Of a stretch of 63,073 nt of DNA, positions 1 to 9,317 are shown piece by piece (within the stretch, counting starts at the first letter, position 1; every line of letters starts with the position of its first letter). The notes under the pieces are model-generated. The model ran no database searches. It had not been told where the DNA came from and saw nothing but the letters and a program-made list of their open reading frames with translations. The DNA is taken from NCBI GenBank assembly GCA_050015075.1, contig JBEKCB010000031.1:1-63073 (forward strand). Reading direction: 5' to 3'. The translations under genes were made by a program, and so were the position numbers. The DNA is from Candidatus Brocadiia bacterium (GTDB lineage Bacteria > Planctomycetota > Brocadiia > CAIUPP01).

Positions 1-764
1 CGACCGGCCACGGCAAGTCCACCACGCAGGCGGCGATGATTGACATCATCAATGAACGGCGCCGCGCGCATATCGTGACGGTGGAAGACCCGCTCGAGTT
101 CATTCACAAGAGCAAGACTTCCGTGATCGAACAGCGGGAAGTCGGCCTCGATACGAAGAGCTTCGCGTCGGCGCTGCGCCACGTGCTGCGGCAGGCGCCC
201 GACGTGATCCTGATCGGCGAAATCCGCGACCTAGAGACCATTTCCACCGCGTTGACGGCCGCGGAGACCGGCCACCTGGTCATCACCACGCTTCACACGA
301 ACGACGCGATGCAATCCATTGACCGGCTCGTGGACGTTTTCCCGCCGCACCAGCAGTCCCAGGTGCGGTCGCAGTTGGCGCTGACCCTCCTGGCGGTGAT
401 CGCCCAGCGGCTGGTGCCGCGGGCGGATGGGCACGGCCGCGTCCTGGCCGTCGAGCTGCTGCGCAACAACGCCGCCTCCGCAAACTTGATCCGCGAGGGG
501 AAAACCCACAACATCTATACGGTCCTGGAGACGCACGCGAGCGAAGGGATGTGCACGATGGACTCGAGCCTCAAGCAGCTCTGCCTGCAGGGAATCATCA
601 CGCGCGAGGAAGCGCGCCGGCGCATGAGGAGCCCGGACCAACTGACCATGAGCGGCGTCGTTCCCTCAGCGGTCGGCCAGGGGTCTCCGAAGCCGGCGGA
701 TGTGCTCGACCAGGGCGAGGCAGCGGGAGGCGCCAAGGCGCGCACCGCCGCGAAGCCGGCTTAA
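1..764 (+). CDS. pilT: PilT/PilU family type IV pilus retraction ATPase, 5'-truncated by the window edge
   Basis: In-frame Walker A TGHGKST from position 3, TVEDPLE Asp box, [20 protein letters not shown] Walker B region, [13 protein letters not shown] His box. Confidence 0.9.
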   Translation, partial: TGHGKSTTQAAMIDIINERRRAHIVTVEDPLEFIHKSKTSVIEQREVGLDTKSFASALRHVLRQAPDVILIGEIRDLETISTALTAAETGHLVITTLHTNDAMQSIDRLVDVFPPHQQSQVRSQLALTLLAVIAQRLVPRADGHGRVLAVELLRNNAASANLIREGKTHNIYTVLETHASEGMCTMDSSLKQLCLQGIITREEARRRMRSPDQLTMSGVVPSAVGQGSPKPADVLDQGEAAGGAKARTAAKPA

Positions 765-778
765 CTGAGGAGACTCTT

Positions 779-964
779 ATGCGCCTTCTCCATTGGGCGG
801 CGATCTTCTTCATCGTCGCAATCATCGCGGCCATCTTCGGATTCGGCGGCATTGCCGCCGCCGCGACGGACATCGCTCGAATCTTGTTCTTCGTATTCAT
901 CGTGGTCTTCCTGCTGCTGATGATCGGCTGGCTGGTTCGCGGCAAAGGGCCGCCTCCGGCTTAG
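779..964 (+). CDS. DUF1328/UPF0391 small membrane protein
   Basis: 61 aa [40 protein letters not shown] matches the family pattern; GAGGAG RBS upstream of ATG 779. Confidence 0.9.
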   Translation: MRLLHWAAIFFIVAIIAAIFGFGGIAAAATDIARILFFVFIVVFLLLMIGWLVRGKGPPPA

Positions 965-1051
965 GGCATCGGAAGGCGGGCGGTTTCCTGCATTCCGGGG
1001 CGAACTTTGGGGGACAGGGTCGTGAGCAACTCGGGGCGTCGTTCCGTAGGA

Positions 1052-1633
1052 ATGTTCAGTCCACGGCTGATCAGGCTTGTGGCCTGCGTCGTGCTCATCG
1101 CCCTGCTGCCGCTGGCCACAGGATGCTGTGGATCGTTCCCGCTGACGCACATCATCTACCAGTTCAACGGCGAGGTCACGCACTCCGACCTTGTCCACTC
1201 GATCATCTTCTGGGTGTTCATTATTATCCCCGTCTATTGGGTCGGGCTCCTGGGCGATGTCATCGTGCTGAACCTGATCGAGTTCTGGACCGGCGAAAAA
1301 ATGACGGTGTCCACCCAAACCCTTCCGGACGGGACGATCGCCGCGCTGGAGCCTTCCGCAGACGGAAGCGAGGCCGCGCTGACTGTTTCGCGCGATGGCA
1401 AGGTGCTGGAAAAAATCCGCTTTGTCAGGGTTTCCGAAAAAGAGTTGCAGGTATTCGATGAAGCCGGACACAAGGTCGGCGGCGTCATCCGCACGGCCTC
1501 CTCCGACCTGGCGCTCACGGATGCTCAGGGGGCGACCGTGGTCACGATTCGCTCCGGCGAGATTTCGCAGTTCCGGGAAGCCATCAAAAAACTCTCGGCG
1601 ACGCCGGCGGCCGGACCGGCTTTTTCCTGGTGA
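1052..1633 (+). CDS. DUF3332 family exported/lipoprotein
   Basis: Signal peptide ending ATGC, then GSFPLT..YQFNG and IPVY...GDVIVLNLIEFWTG motifs typical of DUF3332. Confidence 0.75.
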   Translation: MFSPRLIRLVACVVLIALLPLATGCCGSFPLTHIIYQFNGEVTHSDLVHSIIFWVFIIIPVYWVGLLGDVIVLNLIEFWTGEKMTVSTQTLPDGTIAALEPSADGSEAALTVSRDGKVLEKIRFVRVSEKELQVFDEAGHKVGGVIRTASSDLALTDAQGATVVTIRSGEISQFREAIKKLSATPAAGPAFSW

Positions 1634-1691
1634 CCCGCCGGAAGTCGGCGAGGGACCCGATGTCGCTCACGGTCAGCAAGGAGGAACGGAC

Positions 1692-2147
1692 ATGAGAATC
1701 TTCGACGCCGCCGCTATGTTGTCTGAGGAGTTGCATGCCTTCCCTACATTGAGGATCGTCTTCTCGTTCAAGGACGGGACACGGATGCTCGTCGGAAAGT
1801 CTTCCGGCACGGAGTCGGACCCGTGCGCGCTGCGCGCTCACCCCAATGCGGCCTCGCCGGAGGTTATCGAGGTCGAGGGATTTGCTTGCGACCAGGCGGG
1901 AAACCTGCTCCCGGACGCGAAGAAGATGCAAAGGTTTTTCCCCGCGGACCTGATTGCCGGCTTCGACCTGATCGAAGCGCACCCGAAGACGCTGGCCCGT
2001 GTGCGACAGGCGCTCTTCGGACAAGGCGAACATTCTTCCGCAGCTCAACCGCCCGCCCGGCGTGAACCAGCCCCGGCGAAAGCGGGCGCACCATCGCCCG
2101 AGCAATCTCATCTGCGCATGGCCGAAGACGGCCCGTCCGGGAAGTAG
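1692..2147 (+). CDS. Hypothetical protein
   Basis: ATG preceded by AAGGAGGA RBS; fits between neighbours in the same orientation; no recognisable motif. Confidence 0.55.
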   Translation: MRIFDAAAMLSEELHAFPTLRIVFSFKDGTRMLVGKSSGTESDPCALRAHPNAASPEVIEVEGFACDQAGNLLPDAKKMQRFFPADLIAGFDLIEAHPKTLARVRQALFGQGEHSSAAQPPARREPAPAKAGAPSPEQSHLRMAEDGPSGK

Positions 2148-2192
2148 GAGCGCATTCCTGACTAACCGATCTCTTTGAAAAAGGAACCGGCA

Positions 2193-2963
2193 ATGGCAGA
2201 GCAACCTGGCGCACCCGAAAAGCCCGTTGAAAAGACCGCCACTCAGCAGAAAGCCGCCGCGCCCGAGAAAGCCGCCGCGCCGAGCAGGACGCCTGAGAAG
2301 GCCGCAACGCCGGCGAAAGCCGAGGAGAAAGCCGGTGCGCCGGCGAGAGACGAGAAGACCGAAGCGCTTGAGAAGCGTATCCTGGAATTGGAGAAACGAA
2401 GTGGTGGGGTGAAATGGACCGCAGCGCTGGCCGCCGCAGCGCTGGTGTGCGCGGTCATCGCCATTGTATGCGCCGTAACGCTCAGCCGCCCGCCGGTCGC
2501 GCCCAAGGTTATTCAGGCTGAGGGAATCCAATTGAACGACCCGCAAGGACGCTTTAGAGCGGAGATCGGGCAAATTGACTCCGGTTGGGGGCTTGCCCTT
2601 TCCGACCGAGGCGCCGCCGAGGCTCAAACCGGAAGCCCAGCCGGAGGCGCGTCTCCTCAAATCGAAATCCGCATCGGCAATGGGGACAATCACCTCATCG
2701 TTCGAGGCTTGGCGCCGCACAAAAGTGTGGTTGATTTGGGCGTGAATAAACTCGGCTGGCCATCCATAATTCTGTTCGACAAAGAAACCGCAGCCCGGCG
2801 CGCGGTGCTGGGTGAAACGGAGGTTCCGTCCGAAGGCAAGCTTGAGAAACGCGCGCCTGATTCGGTGGTCCTGAGCGACAAGCAGGGCGCTCCGATCTGG
2901 AAAGCCGGCGAGACCGCCGATGATTTCGCGCCGGTCGCCCCAGTCCTCCCGGCGACGCCGTGA
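2193..2963 (+). CDS. Hypothetical single-pass membrane protein
   Basis: Ala/Lys/Glu/Pro-rich N-terminus, short coiled coil, one hydrophobic helix, then a beta-rich domain; AAGGA RBS. Confidence 0.6.
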   Translation: MAEQPGAPEKPVEKTATQQKAAAPEKAAAPSRTPEKAATPAKAEEKAGAPARDEKTEALEKRILELEKRSGGVKWTAALAAAALVCAVIAIVCAVTLSRPPVAPKVIQAEGIQLNDPQGRFRAEIGQIDSGWGLALSDRGAAEAQTGSPAGGASPQIEIRIGNGDNHLIVRGLAPHKSVVDLGVNKLGWPSIILFDKETAARRAVLGETEVPSEGKLEKRAPDSVVLSDKQGAPIWKAGETADDFAPVAPVLPATP

Positions 2964-3000
2964 CACTGATGGACGGCCTGATTGACCGTTAGGAAAAGCG

Positions 3001-3044
3001 CGCGCCCTTCGTCCGTTCCGAAGCCGCAACGGCCGAAGGGCGCG
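3001..3044. terminator. Hairpin between convergent genes, probable terminator
   Basis: cgcgcccttcgtccgtt / aacggccgaagggcgcg 17-bp inverted repeat with one mismatch. Confidence 0.6.
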
Positions 3045-3073
3045 GGTGATTCTTTCCGATTCTTACTCCACGC

Positions 3074-3502
3074 TCACAGGTGGCTCTGAATCCTCTCGAG
3101 GACATCCCTTGACCGTGGTTCTTCGCCCCAGAACCCGACCCGGATGCAGACATCCGTGCTCTGAGGATTGACCGCTGTGAGCTTGATCCTGAGGCGCTTG
3201 CCGTCGGCGAATTCGGACTCCAGCGTTGTCACATTGGCGTCGGTCTTGTCCAGGATGACCGGAAGCTTGAGATCGTTCAGCGCTTTGACGGCGGCGGCAT
3301 GGACCTTGATTTCGGGGGAGTAAATAGGCTGCGTCAAATTGCCCTTGACATAAACTATCGCCCCGCCGGCCACGACCGCTCCGGCTACCACGCCGACGCC
3401 GAGAACCACGCATCCGCAAAGCGCCGGCAAGCCCGCGATGCACAGCACCAGCGCGCACCGGCGAGCCCAGGACGTTACTCGTCCGTTCCGTCTGTTACTC
3501 AT
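3074..3502 (-). CDS. DUF3568 family lipoprotein
   Basis: Lipobox LCGC, Gly/Ala-rich GAVVAGG segment, YVKGNL and C-terminal IRVGFWGEE..SR motif. Confidence 0.75.
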   Translation of the reverse strand: MSNRRNGRVTSWARRCALVLCIAGLPALCGCVVLGVGVVAGAVVAGGAIVYVKGNLTQPIYSPEIKVHAAAVKALNDLKLPVILDKTDANVTTLESEFADGKRLRIKLTAVNPQSTDVCIRVGFWGEEPRSRDVLERIQSHL

Positions 3503-3645
3503 GCTGAATCCCTTTTGCTGAAGAAGTTCCCCGTGCCGCGATATTGTGAGAATCGAGCATGAGCGCGAGCCTCAGGGATGACCCACCGCGACATAAGCGT
3601 AGCCAACCTCCAAGCCTGTGTCAAAGGGGCATCTTCGAAACCGGA

Positions 3646-4098
3646 TCAGGACGCGGCGCGCCACGCCGGCTCAGGCTGCGCCATGCCGGACGTGTTCCCG
3701 AGCCGCTTGTCAACGTCCTGCAGAATCTTCTGCGAGATATCGCGGTCGCCCCAGAACCCGACGCGGACGTGAATCTCGGTCACTCCAGCGGAAAGCGATT
3801 TCAGCTCGATGCTGATCTTGCGGCCATCCTGCGCGTAGGATGTCAACGTGCTTTCGATGTCGCCGGTCCCTTCGGTGGAGACGCCGTTGCCCATTTTCTG
3901 CAGCGTCGCCGTCGCCGCATCGCGCACGCGGGGAAGCGACCCGGCCAGCGAGGTCCTCAACTCTCCGTGGACCCAGACGGCGCCCGAGACGCCCACCGCA
4001 GCTCCGGCTGCGAAAACGACCGCGATGCATCCGGTGGCGGCGACCAGCGTGACCGCTGAAAGCATTCCCACCGCGCAGACCAAAAACCTTTTCATCAT
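3646..4098 (-). CDS. DUF3568 family lipoprotein (tandem paralogue)
   Basis: Lipobox ATGC, AAGAAVG, WVHGEL and VRVGFWGD..IS motif parallel to the adjacent gene. Confidence 0.75.
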   Translation of the reverse strand: MMKRFLVCAVGMLSAVTLVAATGCIAVVFAAGAAVGVSGAVWVHGELRTSLAGSLPRVRDAATATLQKMGNGVSTEGTGDIESTLTSYAQDGRKISIELKSLSAGVTEIHVRVGFWGDRDISQKILQDVDKRLGNTSGMAQPEPAWRAAS

Positions 4099-4219
4099 CC
4101 ACCCCTCTGAATGAAAGTTGCCTTGTTACGGCTCCACGCCTGCCACTCGGAGTGTAACACTTGACATGCCTTCGAGCAACAAGCGATACGACCCGATGGG
4201 CACATCTATGAGCGGCGGG

Positions 4220-6544
4220 TCAGTTCTTCCGCTCCTGGCCGGGTATCGGTCCCTGGGCGTCGGCCAGAAGCCGGGCTGCGATTTCCTCGAAGCGCCCGAT
4301 TTCCTCCCGGAACTGTTTCAGCCGGACGCCCGCCTCGGGCATGTTGCCGGACTGGGCGGCGGCTTCGATCCCTGCGGCGGCTTTGGCGACGGCGACCGCC
4401 GAGACGCTGAGGCTTGCGCCCTTCACGCGGTGGGCGAGCGCGGCCAGTTGCTGGTCCTTGCCTTCGTCGAACGCCTGTTCCATCTCGCGGGAGTCGCTGC
4501 GGGTGCAGGTGCGGTACTTGGCGATGATCTTCAGCGCAAACGCGGCATTGCCGCTGCAGCGCTTCAGGAGGTCGGCGTGGTCCAGGACCGGTTCGCCTGC
4601 GGTTCGGGGCTGCTCGACCGGCGTTGCGGACGGCGCGCCGCCCGGAGCTTTTGCCGGTCTGTCCGGCGGGCTTGTCGGAACCCGCCGCGACTTGCCGACA
4701 TACGCTTGAATGACCCGCGCCACCTCCTCCATGACCAGGGGCTTGGTCAGGTAATCGTCCATTCCCGCGGCCAGGCAGCGTTCCCGGTCGCCCTGCATCG
4801 CGTTCGCCGTCAGGGCGACGATCGGCGTGTGCGCGCTCCCTCCGCGCGGCTGCGGCCGCGCCGCCTCATGCGCGCGGATGCCGGCGGTGGCTGCGAAGCC
4901 GTCCATCACCGGCATCTGGCAGTCCATCAGGATCAGGTCATAGTCTTTCTGCGCCGCCGCGCTGACCGCTTCCTTCCCGTTCGCGGCGCAGTCGCATTCG
5001 TGTCCGAGCAGGCGCAGGATCTCCACGGCGACCTCGCGGTTGATCTCGTTGTCCTCGGCCACGAGAATCCGGGCATCGGGCGTTGAAACCGGTTCCACCC
5101 GAGCCGGTTCCGGAACCGGGGCCGGCGGCGCCTCTGTCGGCGCGCCGCCCAGGGATTTGACGATGGCGTCGAACAGCTCCGACTGGCGGACCGGCTTGGT
5201 CAGAAAGACGGCGACTCCCGCCTGCCGTATCTTCTTCGGTTCGTCGTCGCCGGCGGAGCTGAGCATGACGACCACGGTTTTGCGAAGCCGCGGGTCCGCC
5301 TTGACGGCTAAGGCCAGTTCCAGACCGCCCATGCCGGGCATGTTGCGGTCCGTGATGGCCACGGCGATCGGCCTGGTCGTCCGGGCGGCCTTGCGCATGA
5401 GGGCCAGCGCGCTTTCGGCATCAGCGGCGTCTTGAACTTTGCAGCCCCAGGATGAGACCTGCTCACGGAGGATTTCACGGTTGGTCTCGTTGTCGTCAAC
5501 GATGAGGACCGGCAGGGAATGCAAGGCCTTCGGTTTCCGCGAGGATGCGGGTTCCACTCCCGTTTGCTTCTTCAGTACCGCGGTGAACCAGAAAGTGGCC
5601 CCATGGCCTGGAGCGCTGTCCACGCCGATGACGCCGCCCATGAGATCCACCAGTTGCTTGCAGATGGCCAGGCCCAGCCCGGTTCCGCCATACTTGCGGG
5701 TGGTGGAACTATCTCCCTGGATGAAGGGCTGGAACAGCCGCGCCTGCTCCTCGCTGGAGATGCCGACGCCCGTGTCGCGCACGGCGATGCGCACCGCCAC
5801 CTCGGAGGGTCCCTTGTCTTCCGTCGAGGCCGTAATGATGACTTCCCCCTTCTCCGTGAACTTGATGGCGTTGCTCGTGAAGTTCGCCAGGATCTGCGCA
5901 ATGCGCGTCGGGTCGCCGCGGAGGCGCGTCGAGAGAGTCGGCGCCACCCGGCAGGCCAGCTCGATGCCTTTGCGCCGGGCGCTGTCCGCAAACACCTGCG
6001 TGACGCTTTCGACGGTATCGAGAAGGTCGAAATCCACCTGCTCAACCTGCAGTTTTCCGGCTTCGATCTTGGAGAAGTCGAGGATGTCGTTGATGATCGC
6101 CAGCAGGGTATCCGCGGCGGTCAGCGCCGTCGTGACGAAACGCTCCTGCTTCTTTTCCAGCGGCGTGCTTCGGAGCAGGTGGAGCATGCCGATGACGCCG
6201 TTCATGGGCGTGCGGATTTCATGGCTCATGTTCGCCAGGAACCGCGCCTTGGCGGTGCTGGCGGCCACGGCGGCGGCCTCGCTGCGCGCGGCGCGTTCGG
6301 CTTGTTCGTGCGCGACCCGGTTGATTCTCTCGTTCTCGCGCAGCACTGCTTCCAGTTCCGCAGTGCGGTCGCGCACACGCTCTTCCAGAATGACCGTGGT
6401 CTGGAACAGGCTGAAATCGGATACGTGGGCGCTGGTGCTGCCCTCCGCGCGATCCATCAGCGCTTCGATGATCTTGTTGAGCCGGGCGACCTCGGACGGC
6501 CAGTCCGGCTGATCGGGGACGGAAGCAGGCGCGGACTCACCCAT
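4220..6544 (-). CDS. Cytoplasmic hybrid histidine kinase (HisKA-HATPase-REC-REC-HPt), NosP-associated type
   Basis: FLANMSHEIRTPMNG H-box, NAIKFT, DTGVGI, GGTGLGL boxes, two receivers (IVDDN..DRNMP; VAEDN..DCQMP), HPt AHRVKGAS; no TM helix. Confidence 0.92.
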   Translation of the reverse strand: MGESAPASVPDQPDWPSEVARLNKIIEALMDRAEGSTSAHVSDFSLFQTTVILEERVRDRTAELEAVLRENERINRVAHEQAERAARSEAAAVAASTAKARFLANMSHEIRTPMNGVIGMLHLLRSTPLEKKQERFVTTALTAADTLLAIINDILDFSKIEAGKLQVEQVDFDLLDTVESVTQVFADSARRKGIELACRVAPTLSTRLRGDPTRIAQILANFTSNAIKFTEKGEVIITASTEDKGPSEVAVRIAVRDTGVGISSEEQARLFQPFIQGDSSTTRKYGGTGLGLAICKQLVDLMGGVIGVDSAPGHGATFWFTAVLKKQTGVEPASSRKPKALHSLPVLIVDDNETNREILREQVSSWGCKVQDAADAESALALMRKAARTTRPIAVAITDRNMPGMGGLELALAVKADPRLRKTVVVMLSSAGDDEPKKIRQAGVAVFLTKPVRQSELFDAIVKSLGGAPTEAPPAPVPEPARVEPVSTPDARILVAEDNEINREVAVEILRLLGHECDCAANGKEAVSAAAQKDYDLILMDCQMPVMDGFAATAGIRAHEAARPQPRGGSAHTPIVALTANAMQGDRERCLAAGMDDYLTKPLVMEEVARVIQAYVGKSRRVPTSPPDRPAKAPGGAPSATPVEQPRTAGEPVLDHADLLKRCSGNAAFALKIIAKYRTCTRSDSREMEQAFDEGKDQQLAALAHRVKGASLSVSAVAVAKAAAGIEAAAQSGNMPEAGVRLKQFREEIGRFEEIAARLLADAQGPIPGQERKN

Positions 6545-7697
6545 GGGTGCCTTCCATCGGCGTGCAACCGATAGCGACGCCGGTCAGCGTCTGATTGACA
6601 TGAATGCCGTGGTATTGCTCGCCGTAGGTATTGAAGCCGATGAGGTTGTTGTCGCGGAAAGCGGCTTCGACGCGAGCGACGATCCCGCGCTGAACCATTT
6701 CCAGCTTGCGCAGGATGCAGTCGCAGCCGAGAATGAGTTGGGGCGGGCCGACGGCGGCCCGTATCCCGGCCATGGCCTGCTCCAGGTTCTCCTCCAGGTC
6801 AACACCGCGTCCCGCGCGCAGGACCACGCCCTCCTCAATGGCGCAGAAGAAGGTCAGGCTGCCGTCGGGGTTGGCCTTCTGGATGGAGCGCACGTAGTTC
6901 GCACCCTCAATCAAGACCACCACCGGCGACGCCGCGAAACGCATAGGGTCCAGGTTCTCCATACTCGTTCCGGTCAGCCGGGCATAATCCTCGGCAGCCG
7001 GGCGGCCGTTGATCTCCCGGACGATCCGATGCTCGGCATCGGCCGCTGTGACCACGACGCGCCGTTCCGTTGGAAGGAAGTGCTGTGTTTTGAATATCCT
7101 GAAGGGCAAGGGCGTCGTGATCAGGACCAGGACGGCGCTGTCCGCGTGAAAGCTGCCGTCGCAATACACGTGCGTCGCGCCGAAATTCAGGCCGTCACCC
7201 GCCGAACCGCCCACCAGCGGGAGCTTTCCCAAGGCATTCTGCAAGACGCTCGTGACCGGCTCCTCGCGCATAGACAAGCCGTCTATGAGCAGAAATGCGA
7301 AACTGCTCTTCGCGTCGGCGCCGGGCGCCCGTTTTTCCAGCTCCTGCAGCAGAGCCTGCACCAGGGACTGGCCCTGGACGGCCTCGAATTGCTGCAAGCC
7401 GTCAATACGGCCGCTCGCGGCGGCAAAGCTGCCGGCAGGAAAGCTCGCCCCGGAAATGCTGTGGTCGCGACAACCTGCGGGGCCAATCTCGCCCGCCGTG
7501 GTGCAGCCAACGACTTGAACCCCGGCGAACAAACGCCTCATTTCCTCCGCGAGCGCCTCGAGGTTGTACTGGCTCGAGCAGAAGAACATCACCAGCGCCA
7601 TATCCGGCTGCGACACCTGGGCGTGAAACTCGCGCACGGCCTCGCGCGCGTCAGTTGCGGCCGATTGAGCCGTGCGTATGCGGGCCTGGTTCTCCAC
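6537..7697 (-). CDS. nosP: FIST-domain nitric oxide/heme sensing protein NosP
   Basis: FFCSS, GCTTAGEI, DGLS, GGSAGDG, GCDCILR, GFNTYGEQ...HVNQT FIST motifs; GTG 7697 with GAGGAG RBS; overlaps the kinase start. Confidence 0.85.
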   Translation of the reverse strand: MENQARIRTAQSAATDAREAVREFHAQVSQPDMALVMFFCSSQYNLEALAEEMRRLFAGVQVVGCTTAGEIGPAGCRDHSISGASFPAGSFAAASGRIDGLQQFEAVQGQSLVQALLQELEKRAPGADAKSSFAFLLIDGLSMREEPVTSVLQNALGKLPLVGGSAGDGLNFGATHVYCDGSFHADSAVLVLITTPLPFRIFKTQHFLPTERRVVVTAADAEHRIVREINGRPAAEDYARLTGTSMENLDPMRFAASPVVVLIEGANYVRSIQKANPDGSLTFFCAIEEGVVLRAGRGVDLEENLEQAMAGIRAAVGPPQLILGCDCILRKLEMVQRGIVARVEAAFRDNNLIGFNTYGEQYHGIHVNQTLTGVAIGCTPMEGTHG

Positions 7698-7959
7698 GTC
7701 GCTCTCCTCGCCTTGGCTGATCCGGTGCGCAGGCGCCCTGCGGCAATGATCGCCCGGCATCCATCGCGACCATGGCCATGATTTTCCTCATGTAAGTCAT
7801 CGGCATTTGAGCAACACAGGTAAGGAGAAGAACCGGATTTCGCATCCCGACGCACGGCCTCACTAACGGAATTTCCCCATCGTTCACTTAACCCCGCCGC
7901 GCTCCCGGCCGATAACTAAATCGTGAATGCTCCGGGGAGATTGCAGAGAAAGGGACTCC

Positions 7960-8403
7960 ATGCGCATCCTGATCGCCGAGGATGACCCGGTTTCCAGCGA
8001 AATCATTGAAATGACACTCCGCGAATTGGGCTACGAGGTTGTCGTCACGCGCAATGGCGCCGAGGCATGGGAGGCCCTGCAAGCCCCGGACGCGCCCTCG
8101 CTGGTGATCCTGGACTGGATGATGCCCGGCATGGACGGCGTCGAGGTGTGCCGGAAGGTGCGGCGCCTCGAGACCGAGGTGCGTCCGTACATTATCCTGC
8201 TTACGGGCAAAGAGGCCGACAAGAATCTCGTAATAGGCATGAACGCCGGCGCGAACGCTTACGTGACAAAACCGGCAAGCGCCGACCAACTCGAAGTGCT
8301 CGTCCGAGAGGGAAAGCGGATCGTTGAGATGCAGATGGAAATGCTCACGGCCAAGAGGACGCTGCGTCAGCAAGTCGAAATCCTGAGAAAAGAGATTCGT
8401 TAA
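7960..8403 (+). CDS. Response regulator receiver protein with short C-terminal coiled coil
   Basis: ILIAEDD, LDWMMPGMDG, LLTG, YVTKP receiver motifs; no output domain. Confidence 0.85.
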   Translation: MRILIAEDDPVSSEIIEMTLRELGYEVVVTRNGAEAWEALQAPDAPSLVILDWMMPGMDGVEVCRKVRRLETEVRPYIILLTGKEADKNLVIGMNAGANAYVTKPASADQLEVLVREGKRIVEMQMEMLTAKRTLRQQVEILRKEIR

Positions 8404-8612
8404 CCGCGCATGATGATCCCGAGCCGGTAACATCGCAAACCGTTACGTTACTTCGCGTTAGCGCGTTATACCCCGCAGTTGCCAGCCTCACAAATCGCCT
8501 CCCGACGCCCACTTTATGGACAGTGTTGTCCGCCACAGTCCCGCATTGGATTGCATTTTCCTACAATAATTGTCAGAATAGATGTTTTTCGTGTCTGGAA
8601 CTGGAGTTTCCG

Positions 8613-9314
8613 ATGCATCTGTCCGTAAAGCGCGTCGCTCGCGCGTTGAACGTGAGCGAGAAAACGATATACCGCTGGATTGACCAAAGCGCCATCCCGG
8701 TCCACCACATCAACGACCAGTACCGGTTCAACTCCGTGGAACTGCTCGAGTGGGCCTCGGCGAGGAAGATGCATCTCTCGCCGGAGTTGCTGGCCGGGAC
8801 CGGAAACGGCGACAGCCCGCAGCCTTCCCTCAGAGCGGCGCTCGAACTCGGCGGCGTGCACTACGGCCTCGGCGGCGAGGAGAAATCCTCCGTCCTGCGC
8901 GCCGTCGTGCGCCTGCTGCCGCTGCCGACGGAGACGGACCGCGAGTCGTTCTTCCAGCTTCTCCTCGCGCGCGAGATGGCCGGTTCGACCGCCGTCGGCG
9001 ACGGCATCGCGGTCCCGCACGTGCGCAATCCGATCGTGCTCTCCACCGAGCAGCCCGCCGTGATGCTCTGCTTCCTGGCGCATCCGGTGGACTTCGGCTC
9101 GCTCGACGGTCAGCCGGTAAGCGTGCTCTTCACGCTCGTCAGCCCGACCATCCGCGCGCACCTGCATCTGCTCTCGTTGCTGAGCTTCGCCTTGCGCGAC
9201 CCGCGCTTCAAATCCGCCGTCCTTCGGCACGCCGCGTCCGAGGAGATCCTCGATGCGGCCGCGAACGCCGAAGCCGGCCTGCCGAAGCCGCCGGCCCCGG
9301 GCAAGGACGACTAG
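8613..9314 (+). CDS. Excisionase-type HTH fused to PTS EIIA (Ntr/fructose type) domain
   Basis: LSVKRVARALNVSEKTIYRW HTH_17-like N-terminus; AREMAGSTAVGDGIAVPH phospho-His motif and DFGSLDGQPV. Confidence 0.85.
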   Translation: MHLSVKRVARALNVSEKTIYRWIDQSAIPVHHINDQYRFNSVELLEWASARKMHLSPELLAGTGNGDSPQPSLRAALELGGVHYGLGGEEKSSVLRAVVRLLPLPTETDRESFFQLLLAREMAGSTAVGDGIAVPHVRNPIVLSTEQPAVMLCFLAHPVDFGSLDGQPVSVLFTLVSPTIRAHLHLLSLLSFALRDPRFKSAVLRHAASEEILDAAANAEAGLPKPPAPGKDD

Positions 9315-9317
9315 CCC

